A stretch of 64,000 bases of DNA from Trypanosoma brucei (lineage: Eukaryota), in assembly GCA_000002445.1 (NCBI GenBank), contig CP000069.1, positions 1,440,001 to 1,504,000 on the forward strand, written 5' to 3'. The notes under the pieces are model-generated. The model was not told where the DNA came from. It ran no database searches and was given only the letters and a program-made list of their open reading frames with translations. Of the stretch, positions 47,943 to 59,425 are shown one piece after another (position 1 is the stretch's first letter; each line of letters begins with the position of its first letter). The translations under genes were made by a program, and so were the position numbers.

Positions 47943-49090
47943 GCAGGCGGCACGACTCCCGTTCGTAGGCTCTCATTGAATAGCCTCACAACAACATTCA
48001 GCGCTGTTCTGCCGAGATGTTGCAGTGCCTCGTTGTATAAGCAATCAGGTCCGGCTGCGGATCCACTAGGTAGCAGTTTGATCGATCTCCGTAGTTCAGC
48101 CATCGTGATGGGACTGAACTCACTCGCTATCGTCTTTATTGGTGCCGGTGGGTGTGAGTCGGGGTGCCTTCTTGCGCGGGAAGAGTACAGTTTACTGAAC
48201 CTCTCAGCTTGACGGTAGTCCGTGATGGCCGCGTTATCAACAAGTACAGCCGGTGTGGTTAGTGGTCGTGGCGCATATACCTTCTTGACAATGTGCCAAC
48301 TGCAGCGGTCTGACACCGCAAGTCTGGAGCATAGCGTGCTCCATCTCTTCTTTGTGGTACGGTCCAGGATCTGCTTACGCGTGGCTACCAACTTTTCCCT
48401 TCGGTGGGAGGGTCCGCATCCAGCGATCTCTTCATCGAGTTTCGCGAGCTCAGGTGTCCAATGTGGTGGCGTTGCTCTGCAGCCACGGGGGACGGAGACC
48501 TTCGTCGCAATGCGGATGGCGGAGCTCAATTTCTGTTCCAGGGTCTTGACGTTCTTCTCTCTACCAATTTTCCTGCAGAGCTCGTCAACCTTGAGACGGA
48601 AATTCCTCCAGTCAGCTTTTAGCCATGCGTACATGGGCTTTCGAAGCCGCGGGCAGCTCAGTGCATCTGTGTCGTCTCCAAAGATAACGTCGAAAAATAT
48701 GTGATGGTGATCGCTATCGGGAGAATACAGCGATGTCCACGTGTACACTGTGCAATTCCTTGACAGTGTCACATCAGGGGTGGACTCCCCGTGGTGGCGC
48801 GCGTACCTGGTGCACTCACCAGTGTTGCAGACCAGAAACTGGTTGTCAATGCACCACTGTGTGAGGGTTTCACCCTTGGTATTTGGTGGGCTCGCGCGAT
48901 CCCATGCCAACGCGTGTGCGTTAGCGTCTGCACCGATGAGCTGGGCACCGTCAGTCGTCAGAAGCGTATCTAGGTCAGTTGCCGTGAAGGTGTGTTTTGG
49001 TGGGATGTATGCCGACGTGACAGTCAGCGCCGTTCCACGTGCAAGGTGAATTGTTGCATGCACTTTTTCAATGCGACCAACAACGGCCAT
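47867..49090 (-). pseudogene. ingi ORF fragment: AP-endonuclease domain
   Basis: Separated from the N-terminal segment by a stop and from the RT segment by a frameshift at ~47867-47942. Confidence 0.75.
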
Positions 49091-49590
49091 ACCGGTCTCG
49101 ACTGGTATGTCCTCTCACTAGTATTGATACACCTCATCCTTTGCAGTTACGAGCTATTCCGTGATGTTGGTAGCCAGCAACGCTAAAGCAAGCCGCCTCT
49201 CCAGGCGTCATCCTTGTCTCGCTCAACAGACAAAAGGCGATCCGCTCATCAACAAGGGTTTTGTGGAGTGCTAATCTCTTTCCTTGAGATAGCCCGGCGC
49301 AGTTCCACTGCATCCCGTGAAACGACAGGCAGGGATTCTCTTCCACATCACCGGACAGCAGCATCTTAGTGCGGATGATATACTGCTGATGGCACGCTGG
49401 CACGTGCTCAGGGACCGACAAATGAAAAACGGTGTCCCAGCAAGACGCTGCTGATCCCTGTGCTGTATGATGCCGTAGCCGGAGCACAGCAGTGTTCCCT
49501 ATGAAAGGAACGCTGCTGGCTCTTGGCTTCCCCTGATGATACGGGGTACTGGACCCTGGCACCACGTTGAGGTGGCCGGCATCGCCAGGG

Positions 49591-49602
49591 TACTCACTTG
49601 AT
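49591..49602. repeat. 12-bp target-site duplication of the ingi (5' side)
   Basis: tactcacttgat directly abutting the ingi 5' terminus. Confidence 0.7.
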
Positions 49603-50087
49603 CTCAACCCTCCGCATTTAAGTCGGCCACCATATTTCAAACTATATGTTACACCATTTCTTACGCAGCATCTATTCACTTATATTTGACATAGGAAGCA
49701 CAAACCACCCCGTATTATTTCTTTCTGTGCCGCTTTGAGCTTTTGCGTGTCCATTTGTTTCTTTCTGTATCTTCTTCCCTATTTTTGTCAACTGCATCAC
49801 TCGCTTTGAGTAACACAGAGACTCTATTTGACATGTAACAACTAATTCTGTCTCTAACCACTATATTTCTTCACCTTCTCAATGTGCATCATGGTACTCA
49901 TCACCATGTTTATGTACGAAAATGTTCGTATTCCCTATTCTTTTTCTTTTGTATCTCTTATTTTCCTTCAATAACATCAAACGTGCTCACAGTCTGTCTT
50001 ATTACTTCTTCTACTCACTCATTTACTCAAATTATGCCATTGCAATTATTTTAAACTCCTTATTTTGGGGGTTATTTCAGCTGGCAG

Positions 50088-50195
50088 CCCTCTTATTTTA
50101 ATATTCGTATACACACTCACAACACTATCCTAGTATTATCATTATTGGCATTTCTATATTATTATTAACACTACTTCTACTATAGCCCTAACTGA
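50088..50195 (-). repeat. 70-bp repeat (1-2 copies)
   Basis: cttattttaatattcgtatacacactcacaacactatcctagtattatcattattgg...attattattaacact...atagccctaactgata. Confidence 0.75.
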
Positions 50196-50499
50196 TAGCG
50201 ACAGAATAACGAAATAATCAAAATTATTGTACTAATCATTTTTGACGCCCTTTCATCCTACTACGTTATGTCCACATGCCACTATTATACACATTTTAGT
50301 ATAAGTTTAACTATTTTTCTCACTTTTAAAAGGTTTTTAAAAACTGTTAAAATATAGAAATTTTTGTCAATTTCTATCAAATTCTTTCAAAATATCAGCG
50401 TGTCATTGTATTTTATAAAATTCATGACGTTCGATAAAATTGAGCATATATCCTTATAGTTCTACAAAAACCCACAAAAAAGCAGTAATCAGGGCAATT

Positions 50500-51225
50500 T
50501 TTTTTTTTATCTAGAGGAAAACTAGTAGAGCGGTACTTGCCTTCCATCCATCCAAAAACAGCTTCTTTCTGGCGGAATGTCACCTTTTACTGGTCCTTTG
50601 GCTTCCTTACTTAATGTGCACTTTTCTTCTCATCTTTTTCTTCGGGGTTCCATTTGCATGGGGGAGTGCATTCCGTCTCTTTGTCTTTCTTATTGCAATT
50701 TTTTTCGGCTTCTTCTTGTTTGGCCTCAATGCCTTGAAGTGGTGTCTGCTGCATTGTTGGTGCGAGAACTGTAGCAGCATATCGGGCAAAGGTATATGCC
50801 TGTTCTGCTTGGCTGACAAGCTGCTTCTGTTGGGCTTCTAGTAACTTGAGGTGTGCCGCTGTGCCGGTTGCGTTGTCTACCAGGTCTGCCGCCTGGTCCA
50901 GGTTAGACAGCCATGTGATTCCTTTGCCGCTTGTTGCAATGGCGTCTGTATAGTCGATACACAGTGTTGCCGCTGCTCCGGTGCTGGTGCTGCCGCTTGT
51001 TTCGCCTAGTATTAATGGTTTGTCGTAGTAAGTGTCTGTTGCCGTTGAAATATTATAGTTTGTGAGTTTTTCGATCATTTCTGTCGCTGCTGGCGCCGGT
51101 ACGTTGCTGATCCGCTTGGTCCTCGCTTTGTACAACAGGTAGATATCGCAAAGCGCCTTGAATTCTCGTATGTTGCCGTTGGTGGTTGCACCGCCTCGTT
51201 CGAATGCCATTGCCGCTAAAAACAA
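50500..51225 (-). pseudogene. VSG: Internally deleted mini-VSG pseudogene (B-type N-terminus fused to C-domain; no in-frame ATG before the signal region)
   Basis: ORF 50611-51225 starts at TTG. In-frame upstream is TGA-DEILGIPTALLFLAAMAFERGG. Only ~120 aa of N-domain (EFKALCDIYLL) then NCNKKDKETECTPPCKWNPEEKDEK. GPI-like tail (KKIALITAFLWVFVEL) is in a shifted frame at ~50500-50560. A 16-mer-like element lies at ~50345. Confidence 0.65.
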
Positions 51226-52727
51226 GAGAGCAGTTGGTATACCTAGAATCTCGTCTCAGCTTATGCTGTTGCTGAAAGAAGATCCTTTTGAAGGTTTGGA
51301 AAGGAATATTGCTTGCCTTGCGAAGGTATTATGAGTGACGGAACAGGATTATTTTAATATTTAAGGCATGTTGTGTTTTGAACATCCCAATCTCAAGGAC
51401 TTATTGCTTTCCCAAACACTTAAGTGTTGGACTGTGAATGCAAGGTTAATGTATACGTGAGTAGATTAGTTATTTATGGGAGTTGTGTTGCTGTCAAAGT
51501 TAAACAGTGCCGTCGACATTTGCCTTGAGAGTTTCGTTGGTTTTTTTTCAAATTTGTAGGGACACAAAGAGGGATTCTTTATCCAAGTCTGTTGGTTGCA
51601 TTGCCAGAAAAAGGACACGAAACTGAATCGAAAAAAACATACTATTAATTGCAGACCGTATTTAAACGTATTTAAATTATATAAAAGCTGCTCTTCTTGC
51701 TCTGTTTTATCATTTTCTAATTTATAAATTTCAGTTTTAACTCGAAAAAAAACTATGTATGGTTAGTGCTTCCTCCGTTAATGATTGATTTTTGCTAGCG
51801 AATCCGATTATGTTCCCTCTTTTTGTTGAGATAGTTCATTAATACTGGGAAATTGTGACATTGGAAGCGCTTTCTCTGCAAATTTTGTTTTGTTTACTAG
51901 CTTCTACAGTTGAAGGTATGCGACCACTTTTATGTTAATTATACGCTCCTTGAAAGGTCTTAGTTACTTGCCAGTATACCGATATGTAATTGGAGGTGTA
52001 TATCCATTGAGCTTTTCCACCTCATAGTGTTCCTCCACTGTTTCATATATATTCTGTTTCAAGCTGTGTCCGTGTTTTTGTTTTACTTTTTCTTGCCAAC
52101 ATAATCCATTAACAGTCCTAGTGTAAAAATCCTTCTCCCTATAATACTATATTATTTTCCACAAGTGCTTGCCGCTATTACGATATCTTATTGAGATCAG
52201 ACTTCAAAATAACCTCACAATTACACAAACCTTTTATTATACCCCTGCTTCTTCAAAGCTAAAAATTATTATTCAACCTAAAATTAAAAACCAAAGTCTC
52301 TGTTATCTCTGCAGTTTCATCTATCCATGTTGGAGTTACAACGGGCAGCAGCGGTGGTTCATGCTTTGTTTCCTCCTGAACACCGCTGTTAAGTATCAGA
52401 TTTCTATCATTTCACACCGTATTTTGTTTCGTTATCTAGTTTTCACTATCACCATTTGTGCGGATAACGTAGCGACTCTGTTTATCCTGCACAATGAACT
52501 ATGTTTCTTCCTCACTCTCCATACAATCATTTTTTGTGTGCAGATTCCGGTCGTCGTGTTTGTGTCTCTGAGTACGCATATTCCATATCTTTCGCTATCA
52601 CTATCTTCCCTTAATAATATTCCCTTTGCACTTACTCACTTACTCATACTCACTCATTTATAATCACTTCATTCCTACTACTGTTCTAGGTTTCATCTAT
52701 TATGGGTTCCCTGTCGCTCAGAACTGT

Positions 52728-52800
52728 CACTCTTATTATAATATTCGTATATATACAGACACTCACAACACTCTCCTATAAATATCATTATCATTGTTCT
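52728..52800 (-). repeat. 70-bp repeat, single copy
   Basis: cttattataatattcgtatatatacagacactcacaacactctcctataaatatcattatcatt. Confidence 0.75.
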
Positions 52801-53129
52801 CGGTATATTACTAATGTCCGTAAAAGAAATAAGATAAAAAAATTAGAATGGCACTCATTTTTAATACCCTATCACACTAATAATTTGGAGCCATAGGTAC
52901 GTACATACCAAAGTTTCCGATTTTTAATTCTTAAAATTTCCGAAAAATTACCAATATTAACAAAAGTGTTAAATATATTAAATTTCAAAAATTATAAAAA
53001 TAAAAAAACATTCATAAAATGCTACAAACTCACAAAAAAATCCATCAGAGCCAATTTTCTATTCGCAAGGAAACTGGGATCTTCGCATTTTTCTTTAATT
53101 CATCCGCAGTTGGCTTTTTTGCCGGGTTT

Positions 53130-54596
53130 CTAACCATCATTCTCCTTTTCACAGTTTGCTTTGTCTTTGTGTTTTGTGCACCTGTCTGAGGGTGCTGTTG
53201 TTCCTCCCGATTGCGTTTGTGTTACAGGGACGGCGTTTTTATTAGCTTTGGTTTCATTAAATTTGCACTTTTTATCGTCGGCGCTGTCTTTTTGATAAGT
53301 ACAATAAAGGTTGGCGTTGCAGTCAGTATCTTTCGTTATTCCTTCGCATTCTTTTTTCTTGGCTTGAGTCGATTCTGCTGTCGCTTCTGCTGCCTTCGAC
53401 GCGCTTTCGTCCTTTCCGTCTGTCTGCTGAGCTGCTGCTGTCGCTTCTACTTTGTCCGCTATGTTGTACGCAATTTTTAGGTTCATTTCAATTGCTTTTT
53501 TGAGGGTTTCTTGATGTTGTTCTGCCTTCTGCTTGCGATCCAGTAGGTCGGCTGCTTGCATGACGGCTGTGGAAAATGTTAGTTCCGGCCATTTGTCGGC
53601 GTGTGCCGTTATTGTCGTACTGTACTTGACGCAGAGCCCGGTATCGCTGGCACCGTCGCAACCGCCGTTTGCTGTCCAACCTAGATAGCCGGCATTGTTA
53701 TGGATGGTGACCGCTGAATGCAGGTCCTGCAGAGCCGCCCGCAGGGCCGAGGCCGTTGCGTGGAGCGTTCCGCTTGTACTGCACTTCTGTCGCACTTTGT
53801 CGTAGGTTGCTTTGGCTCCGCTGCCTCCTGCACTCCACTTGTCCGCCCCTTGCGAATTGCGGAGTGGCTTTGGGCCGTCGTTGCCCCCTTGCTTTTCCAG
53901 CACAAGGCACATCGCCACATACGCTAGCGGGTTGTGATTTTGGATTTTGCCCTCCTGCGCGCATGCCGTGACTGTTGCGGCACCGTTGTCGGTCCCGCTA
54001 TTTGTTGCGAATTTGTCTCGGTCTTTTGTTTCGCCGTAAATGGCTTCAGCTAGTTTGTCGGCTACCGCTTTTTGTTTGCCTGCCTCTATGTCGGCCGCCT
54101 CCATTTTCAATTGATTGTTTAGTTCCAGCGTAGTGTTCAGAATTTGGTTCATTTTTGTTGCTGCTAATTTTCGCGCTCTTTCGGCAAACTTGTTGAGCTT
54201 GCTGGCCTTGATTCTCTTGGCTGCGTCGTTATTTCCTTCAAGCATGTGCCGTGCATCTGCCCAGCCCTGCCAGCTGTCTTCCCCATGTGGGAACGCCGTT
54301 TTGGCATGGTTGGGTTTTTCTTTCCACGTGAGGTTGTCTTTTCCCTTTTTTAGAAACAGCTTCTGCCATGCAGGGTCGCTTAGGCTCATATTAAGCGCCG
54401 CTAGTTCTGCCAGATCCTCTTCAGCAGTCACCTGCTGGCTGTCAGGTGCCGATCCTTTTTCCTGTAGCTGAATCAGCTTACACACCTTTGCAAATACATC
54501 CGCGTTGGCGCCTTCTGGTATCGCCAGCATCTTAGGGAAGCTCGTGGCGAGCACAACTACCGCGACTAGAGCAGATTTAACATTTTTTTTATCCAA
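53130..54596 (-). pseudogene. VSG: VSG, full-length uninterrupted ORF (488 codons) but initiator codon is TTG (probable ATG->TTG point mutation)
   Basis: Reading frame from 54596: TTG GAT AAA AAA AAT GTT AAA TCT GCT CTA GTC GCG GTA GTT GTG CTC GCC... = (L/M)DKKNVKSALVAVVVLATSFP, a signal peptide. No in-frame ATG upstream (GSNNNNSRCGD precedes). The only nearby ATGs are out of frame and hit stops. The rest is an intact B-type VSG with Cys-rich C-domain. Confidence 0.6.
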
Positions 54597-54879
54597 GTCC
54601 CCGCATCGGCTGTTGTTGTTGTTGCTTCCGATACCTTTTCCAAAATTTTGGATATTTACCTGATATAGTTGACGCTGCTATTTTGGACATGCCGTGAATC
54701 TGTTTGGTAGTTTTTTAAAATTTAAAAGCTTTGGGTCTTGCCGCCGGAGTTAGACTTAGCAATATTTTAAAAACTTTTTAGTTGTAAACAAAGCCCCTTC
54801 CATAAACCCATCACCACAATTTTTTTATATTTAAAATCCAACTTCTTTCTACTTATTGAAAGAGTTTGAATTTTACCCA

Positions 54880-55610
54880 ACTCTTAAAACTAAACTTCCT
54901 TCCTTCCAAATATCCATACCAAGTAAGATTTTTCACAATCAATTTGGCTTTTTCTTCCCATTCAATTGGCTGGTCAGCAAAATAAGTAAACGACACTTCT
55001 CTAAACTCTCTACTATTGAGAATAGAAAAGAATCTCTCCTCATAATCTAACCCAATCATTCCTCACTTCAAAACAAATCTTTGTCAAACAGCTTCTTTTT
55101 GAGTTGCACTACAAATAAGAAATGGCTTGTAAATACTCTTATCTGACTGCCATTCCTTACCTCCTTTCAATAACTCTCCAAATGCATATTAAAAAATTTT
55201 TAAGTTCTCAAACCCTAGCTATTAAACAACCACCCCTAATATACGGATTTGCCACTAGGAGGTGATTTCACCAAATGAGGTATTTTTTTATATTTCTCTT
55301 TCCTGTAACTGACATTGAAAAACCAATAACATCCCTCCACATGCCCTCTGTGATCTGAGTTCATAAGCAAATCCAACTGAGGCGCATAACACTCTGATGT
55401 TGACGTGAATAGAATATTACACAGCGGTTTCATATTTTTGACGGTAGGAAACAATAACATCAACTCATTCACTGTTATAACAATATCCTTATTACTTGCA
55501 TTCTGTTTTTCTAAAAATTCCGTAACTCATCTAGGCCTCTTAACATGGCTATACAAACTTCAGATCGCAACTGTAACAATTTCAAGATGAATTAGTTTGT
55601 CACTCAATAT
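54880..55610 (-). other. Paralogous coding-like block copy B, immediately upstream of the VSG at 53130-54596
   Basis: See copy A (17230-18060). The two are in the same position and orientation relative to their VSGs. Confidence 0.55.
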
Positions 55611-56444
55611 GAGTCTACACCATCCTTGAGTTGCATGAGTTTGAACTACAACAACAAACGCTCTTGGTTTCTTATGCCCATTCTCTTTCATTTTTGTTTC
55701 GTTAATTCACCATGTTGAAAAGCTATTGGGTACAAACACACCAAAGATAGCAGCAAGAGTAATAGTGAAGCTTCAAAGATACCAGGGTTCATTCCCTAAT
55801 CTACCATTAAAATTTGAAAGGATTATAAGAAAAAATATAAAATTAAGAAAAAGAGACGGTTGTGATACTACGGTGTTTTTTTAATTTGTACTGTGTTTGC
55901 ATATATGAGCAATTCCTTGATATTGTTATAATAGATGTGTTTATGATTGTATGCTTATTATCTGCGCTTTATGTTTGAGTGTGAATTCATTTTTTTAGTA
56001 GTTAGCTTCAGCCACACATAGCTCTGCACACTAAATTATTTTATCTCTTCATTGAACTCACATTTCCACTCCATGCATTGCTATAGAAATTAAGGCAGCT
56101 AGTTGTAATAGTTATTGGTTCAGAAATACTAAGATTTCTGCTGGTGGATGCGTTACCTACAACAATCATCTAATTTTATCATGCACGTTCCATCACTGTG
56201 GATACGTCAGAGGTTCCATTTTTACTGAGCCTGGACTCTGTTTCTCCCATATTGTCCTTCAATCATCTTGTTTATTATAATTCCAATATTCATATTTGTT
56301 TTTGAAACTGTGCTTTTTCCATTTCTTTCTCTTTATCTGCATTTTTTCTTTCTTGTGAAAATATTCCTGTTCCTCTTCCACTCACTCATGCTCACTTATA
56401 CTCACTCAGTTTACACCCTTTCTATTGTTGTAAGTGATTTTATT

Positions 56445-56575
56445 TTGTATTATTATCATTATCATTAATACTTTTATGAAAATAGTAGCTTATACATACT
56501 CACAAAACCTTTTTCCAAAAATAATCATTATCATCTTTTTTCTTTACAGTTACTATTATTCCCATTAGTCTATCC
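56445..56575 (-). repeat. Degenerate 70-bp-repeat remnant plus conserved block
   Basis: ttattatcattatcattaatac...cttatacatactcacaaaacc...tatcctggtatccataaaataaac...ttcatttttcatatcctatcactctgacac. Confidence 0.45.
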
Positions 56576-56740
56576 TGGTATCCATAAAATAAACGGAACA
56601 ATCATATTATAATAGAATTCATTTTTCATATCCTATCACTCTGACACTTTACATCTATATGCTAGCATTGCGCACATTGTCAAAATTTTTATATTTTTAT
56701 AATTCTCGAGTTTTTGAAAATTTGCACATTTCATCAAAAA

Positions 56741-56756
56741 GTGTTAAAATATATCA
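56741..56756 (-). promoter_or_regulatory. VSG 3'UTR 16-mer, exact
   Basis: gtgttaaaatatatca, ~115 nt downstream of the VSG 3' end at ~56870. Confidence 0.75.
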
Positions 56757-56869
56757 AATTTTAAAATTTTAACAAGTTATATAAGGGAGAAAAATTTAAC
56801 AATTTCATAATCTTCATTAAAAATTCTCAAAATGATACAAAACTCACAGGCGGAGCAGCCATCAAAGCC

Positions 56870-58322
56870 AATTTCTCATTGAGGAGAAAACTGGAATCTT
56901 TGCAAGCATTATTTTTACACTTGCAATTTTGTCCTTTTGTGCTGGCATATTGTGTTAAATGGCTGGTACAATTTGCAGTTGTGGTTTTATTATCCACGTC
57001 TTTTTTTCTGTTGTTTTGTCTCCTGTGTCCGTCTTCTTTTCTGAGTCCTTATCTGAAGATCCCTGGTTTTCATTTTTTGCTTTTGTTCGTCGGTAATCGA
57101 GGCCTATAAAATGTGCTAGTATTTCTTCGGCATTCGGTTTCTGTATGATTTCTTCGATGCTAGCTGATTCACTTTGGTCGCCTAAGTTGTATTTTCGTTT
57201 TACTGTCAGGGCACTTAGATAGTTTGTTTTAAAGTCAGTTGGCCCTGTGCCGTAAATGCTCTTTATTCTTTCTTTTACTTTTTCGGCTACCTTGCCTTTT
57301 GGCATCGCCTTTATTTCCTCCGGCGTGATTAGTAGTTGACGGCCTATGGTCGCCATTTCTGGCAGCTCGCTTACTTCGGTGCCTGTTGTTGGGTTGAGGT
57401 CTTCTGCCGTTGGGATTGTAGTCGTAAGCCCGGTGCAGATACGGCCGCTACCTCTGCCCTGGTCGGGACTCGGGCGTCATCTGTCTTGGGGAGCTCCGCG
57501 CACGTAACCGCGTTCCCTGCGCCGGCTGTAAGCTCTACTTGGTCGTACGCTTCGTCTCACAAATATTGCCTTTGCTGCCAATGCGTGTGTGTCGCCTCGA
57601 GCATTGCTGCCGTTGTCAGTGCAGACGTTACCACTGTTCGCGTTTATTGTTCCGTGAGTGCCCGCCGAGTCTCCCTTTGCGAATGCGGTAACTGTAATCT
57701 CAGGCATCTCGAAGAACTTGTCTGGCAGTAGCTTTATTGTTGAGGACCGGTCGATCGTCGACGTTTCTTGTGCTATTTCTTGCCCATTTATTTGCTTTAA
57801 GTTGCAGCCGTGTGCTGCTCTCTTTACTACTACGCTTATTTGGCACGCTGCGGCGCCCCCAAGTTGCCCGCTAGCTCCGCTCGTCGCTTGACTTGCTGTT
57901 TGGGTGTTGCCTGTCGTGTCAGTTAGAGCCTTTGCCGTTAGCACCGCCGCTGCTCTGTACCGAAGAATTTGGGTCGCTCGCTGCAGTTTTTCTTGTGCAC
58001 TTTCTGCATGGGTTTTCGCTGTGGTTGCGCGTTGCTTGGCGACTAAAGCGAGTGCTTCTTTAGCGGCTTTCTTTGCCGGGTCTGTTTCCACCGCCGCCAT
58101 CAATCTCCACTTCAATTCGGTCCGGCCTAGTTCTGCTAGTTGTTGATTGATTCTTGTTGATTTTTCTTCAAACTTCTTAGCTAGATCGTTTGTGTAGGCT
58201 GCTTCATCGCACGGCTGGGCTAGTTTGCTACTTTCCGTCAGAACCGCGGCTTGTGTTGCAGTTGACATTGCTTGGAGTATTAGAAAAGTAGCCATTGGCA
58301 CATTGCTCTGAAGGTTCGTCAT
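56870..58322 (-). pseudogene. VSG: VSG pseudogene (A-type; 2-3 frameshifts)
   Basis: 57477-58322 true ATG, signal-like MATFLILQAMSTATQA, then N-domain; 56955-57356 middle; C-terminal CKCKNNACKDSSFLLNEKLALMAAPPVSFVSF* in another frame at 56870-56960. Confidence 0.75.
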
Positions 58323-59284
58323 TTTTTAAACCTTTTACTTTCGCTGCGGAGAAAGCGGTTCTTTTGCCTATGCCTTTTGTGTTCGCTGCGATGTTGCCTA
58401 GTTTTTGGGGTCTGGCTTGTTTTCTGTGTGTGTGAGGTTATAAAAAGAGATTTTGACAGAACGTTTTTGAATCATCGGCGGATGCGCAACGGGGGTCGGC
58501 GGCGATTGCCGCTACAAGCGTTGGCTTGCTACCGATTTTGCCGAACTCCGGTAGTTTGTTTGGCCGCAGGAACATGGATGCTGTTTGTTCCTTGGGGCTT
58601 TTATTAGGTTATTTAGATCTCGATTGAGGATCATAGCTAGCAAGACAGCTGCTTATAGAGCATAAAATCTACTTTATAACCATTTACAATATGCTAATTC
58701 ATTTTAAATCCTCACATACAAAATACTCTGTGTATCTTATATTCCTTTAATAAAGGGCAGAAAAGACATTTAGTCTATGAAAAGGTCACTTTTATTATTA
58801 GTGTTTAACATTTGAATCCACACTTAGATTTAAAAACAGTGTGTTTACAATCATCCCAGCTTCTGAACCTATCCATTTCTGTGCTAATTACAGTGCATCA
58901 TCGGTCCTTCTAGTGTTTTCATTCCATACGCGCTGTTCTGTACATTGTCATTAATTACATATTTTCGTTTTTTTGACTTCTCTTACTTCTTCTGTAGATA
59001 ACATGGTGATTCCATTCGGTCTTTTCACTTCAATATGCCCCTCCATCATTGTCCCTTTTCTTCTTCTTTTGTGCACGATCATGCCCATTATCATATTGTT
59101 ATTTGAAAATTGGTACATTTCGTTATTGATGCTTATCTCTGCCGTCTTGTGTTTACTTCAACAATATTTGTCATCTTCTTCGTCAATCAGTTACTCGCTA
59201 TACCATTCAGTTACTCTCACCAGCAGCATCCTTCCCATTGGTATAAGTTATTCCCTTTATGCTGTCCATTTAGTCTTCACCACC

Positions 59285-59328
59285 TTCATCATCACATTAT
59301 TCGTATGCACACACTCACAACACTTTCC

Positions 59329-59413
<85 letters not shown>

Positions 59414-59425
59414 CTAATTAATATC
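59285..59425 (-). repeat. 70-bp repeat with expanded (TTA)~27-28 microsatellite
   Basis: cattattcgtatgcacacactcacaacactttcctat followed by ~82 nt of pure (tta)n (59330-59411), then ttaccctaattaatatccataaaataaac. Confidence 0.85.

Larger units (their letters stand above)
44354..49590 (-). mobile_element. ingi non-LTR (APE-type) retrotransposon, full length (~5.24 kb) but degenerate ORF
   Basis: 5' end ...ccaggg at 49585-49590. ORF segments on the minus strand in N-to-C order: 49134-49679 (MQWNCAGL / LLSETR AP-endonuclease motifs; 2A-like DVEENPC), 47867-49090 (endonuclease), 45501-47942 (reverse transcriptase, FADN box), 45146-45706 (C2H2 zinc fingers HCTICASKF...H, FQCDLCEASF...H), 44608-45093. 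Short A-tail and 12-bp TSD. Confidence 0.85.

Noticed and set aside
59285-59425. Possible CRISPR-like or tandem array
   Set aside because: It is a simple trinucleotide repeat, not spacer-repeat architecture. The organism is a eukaryote.
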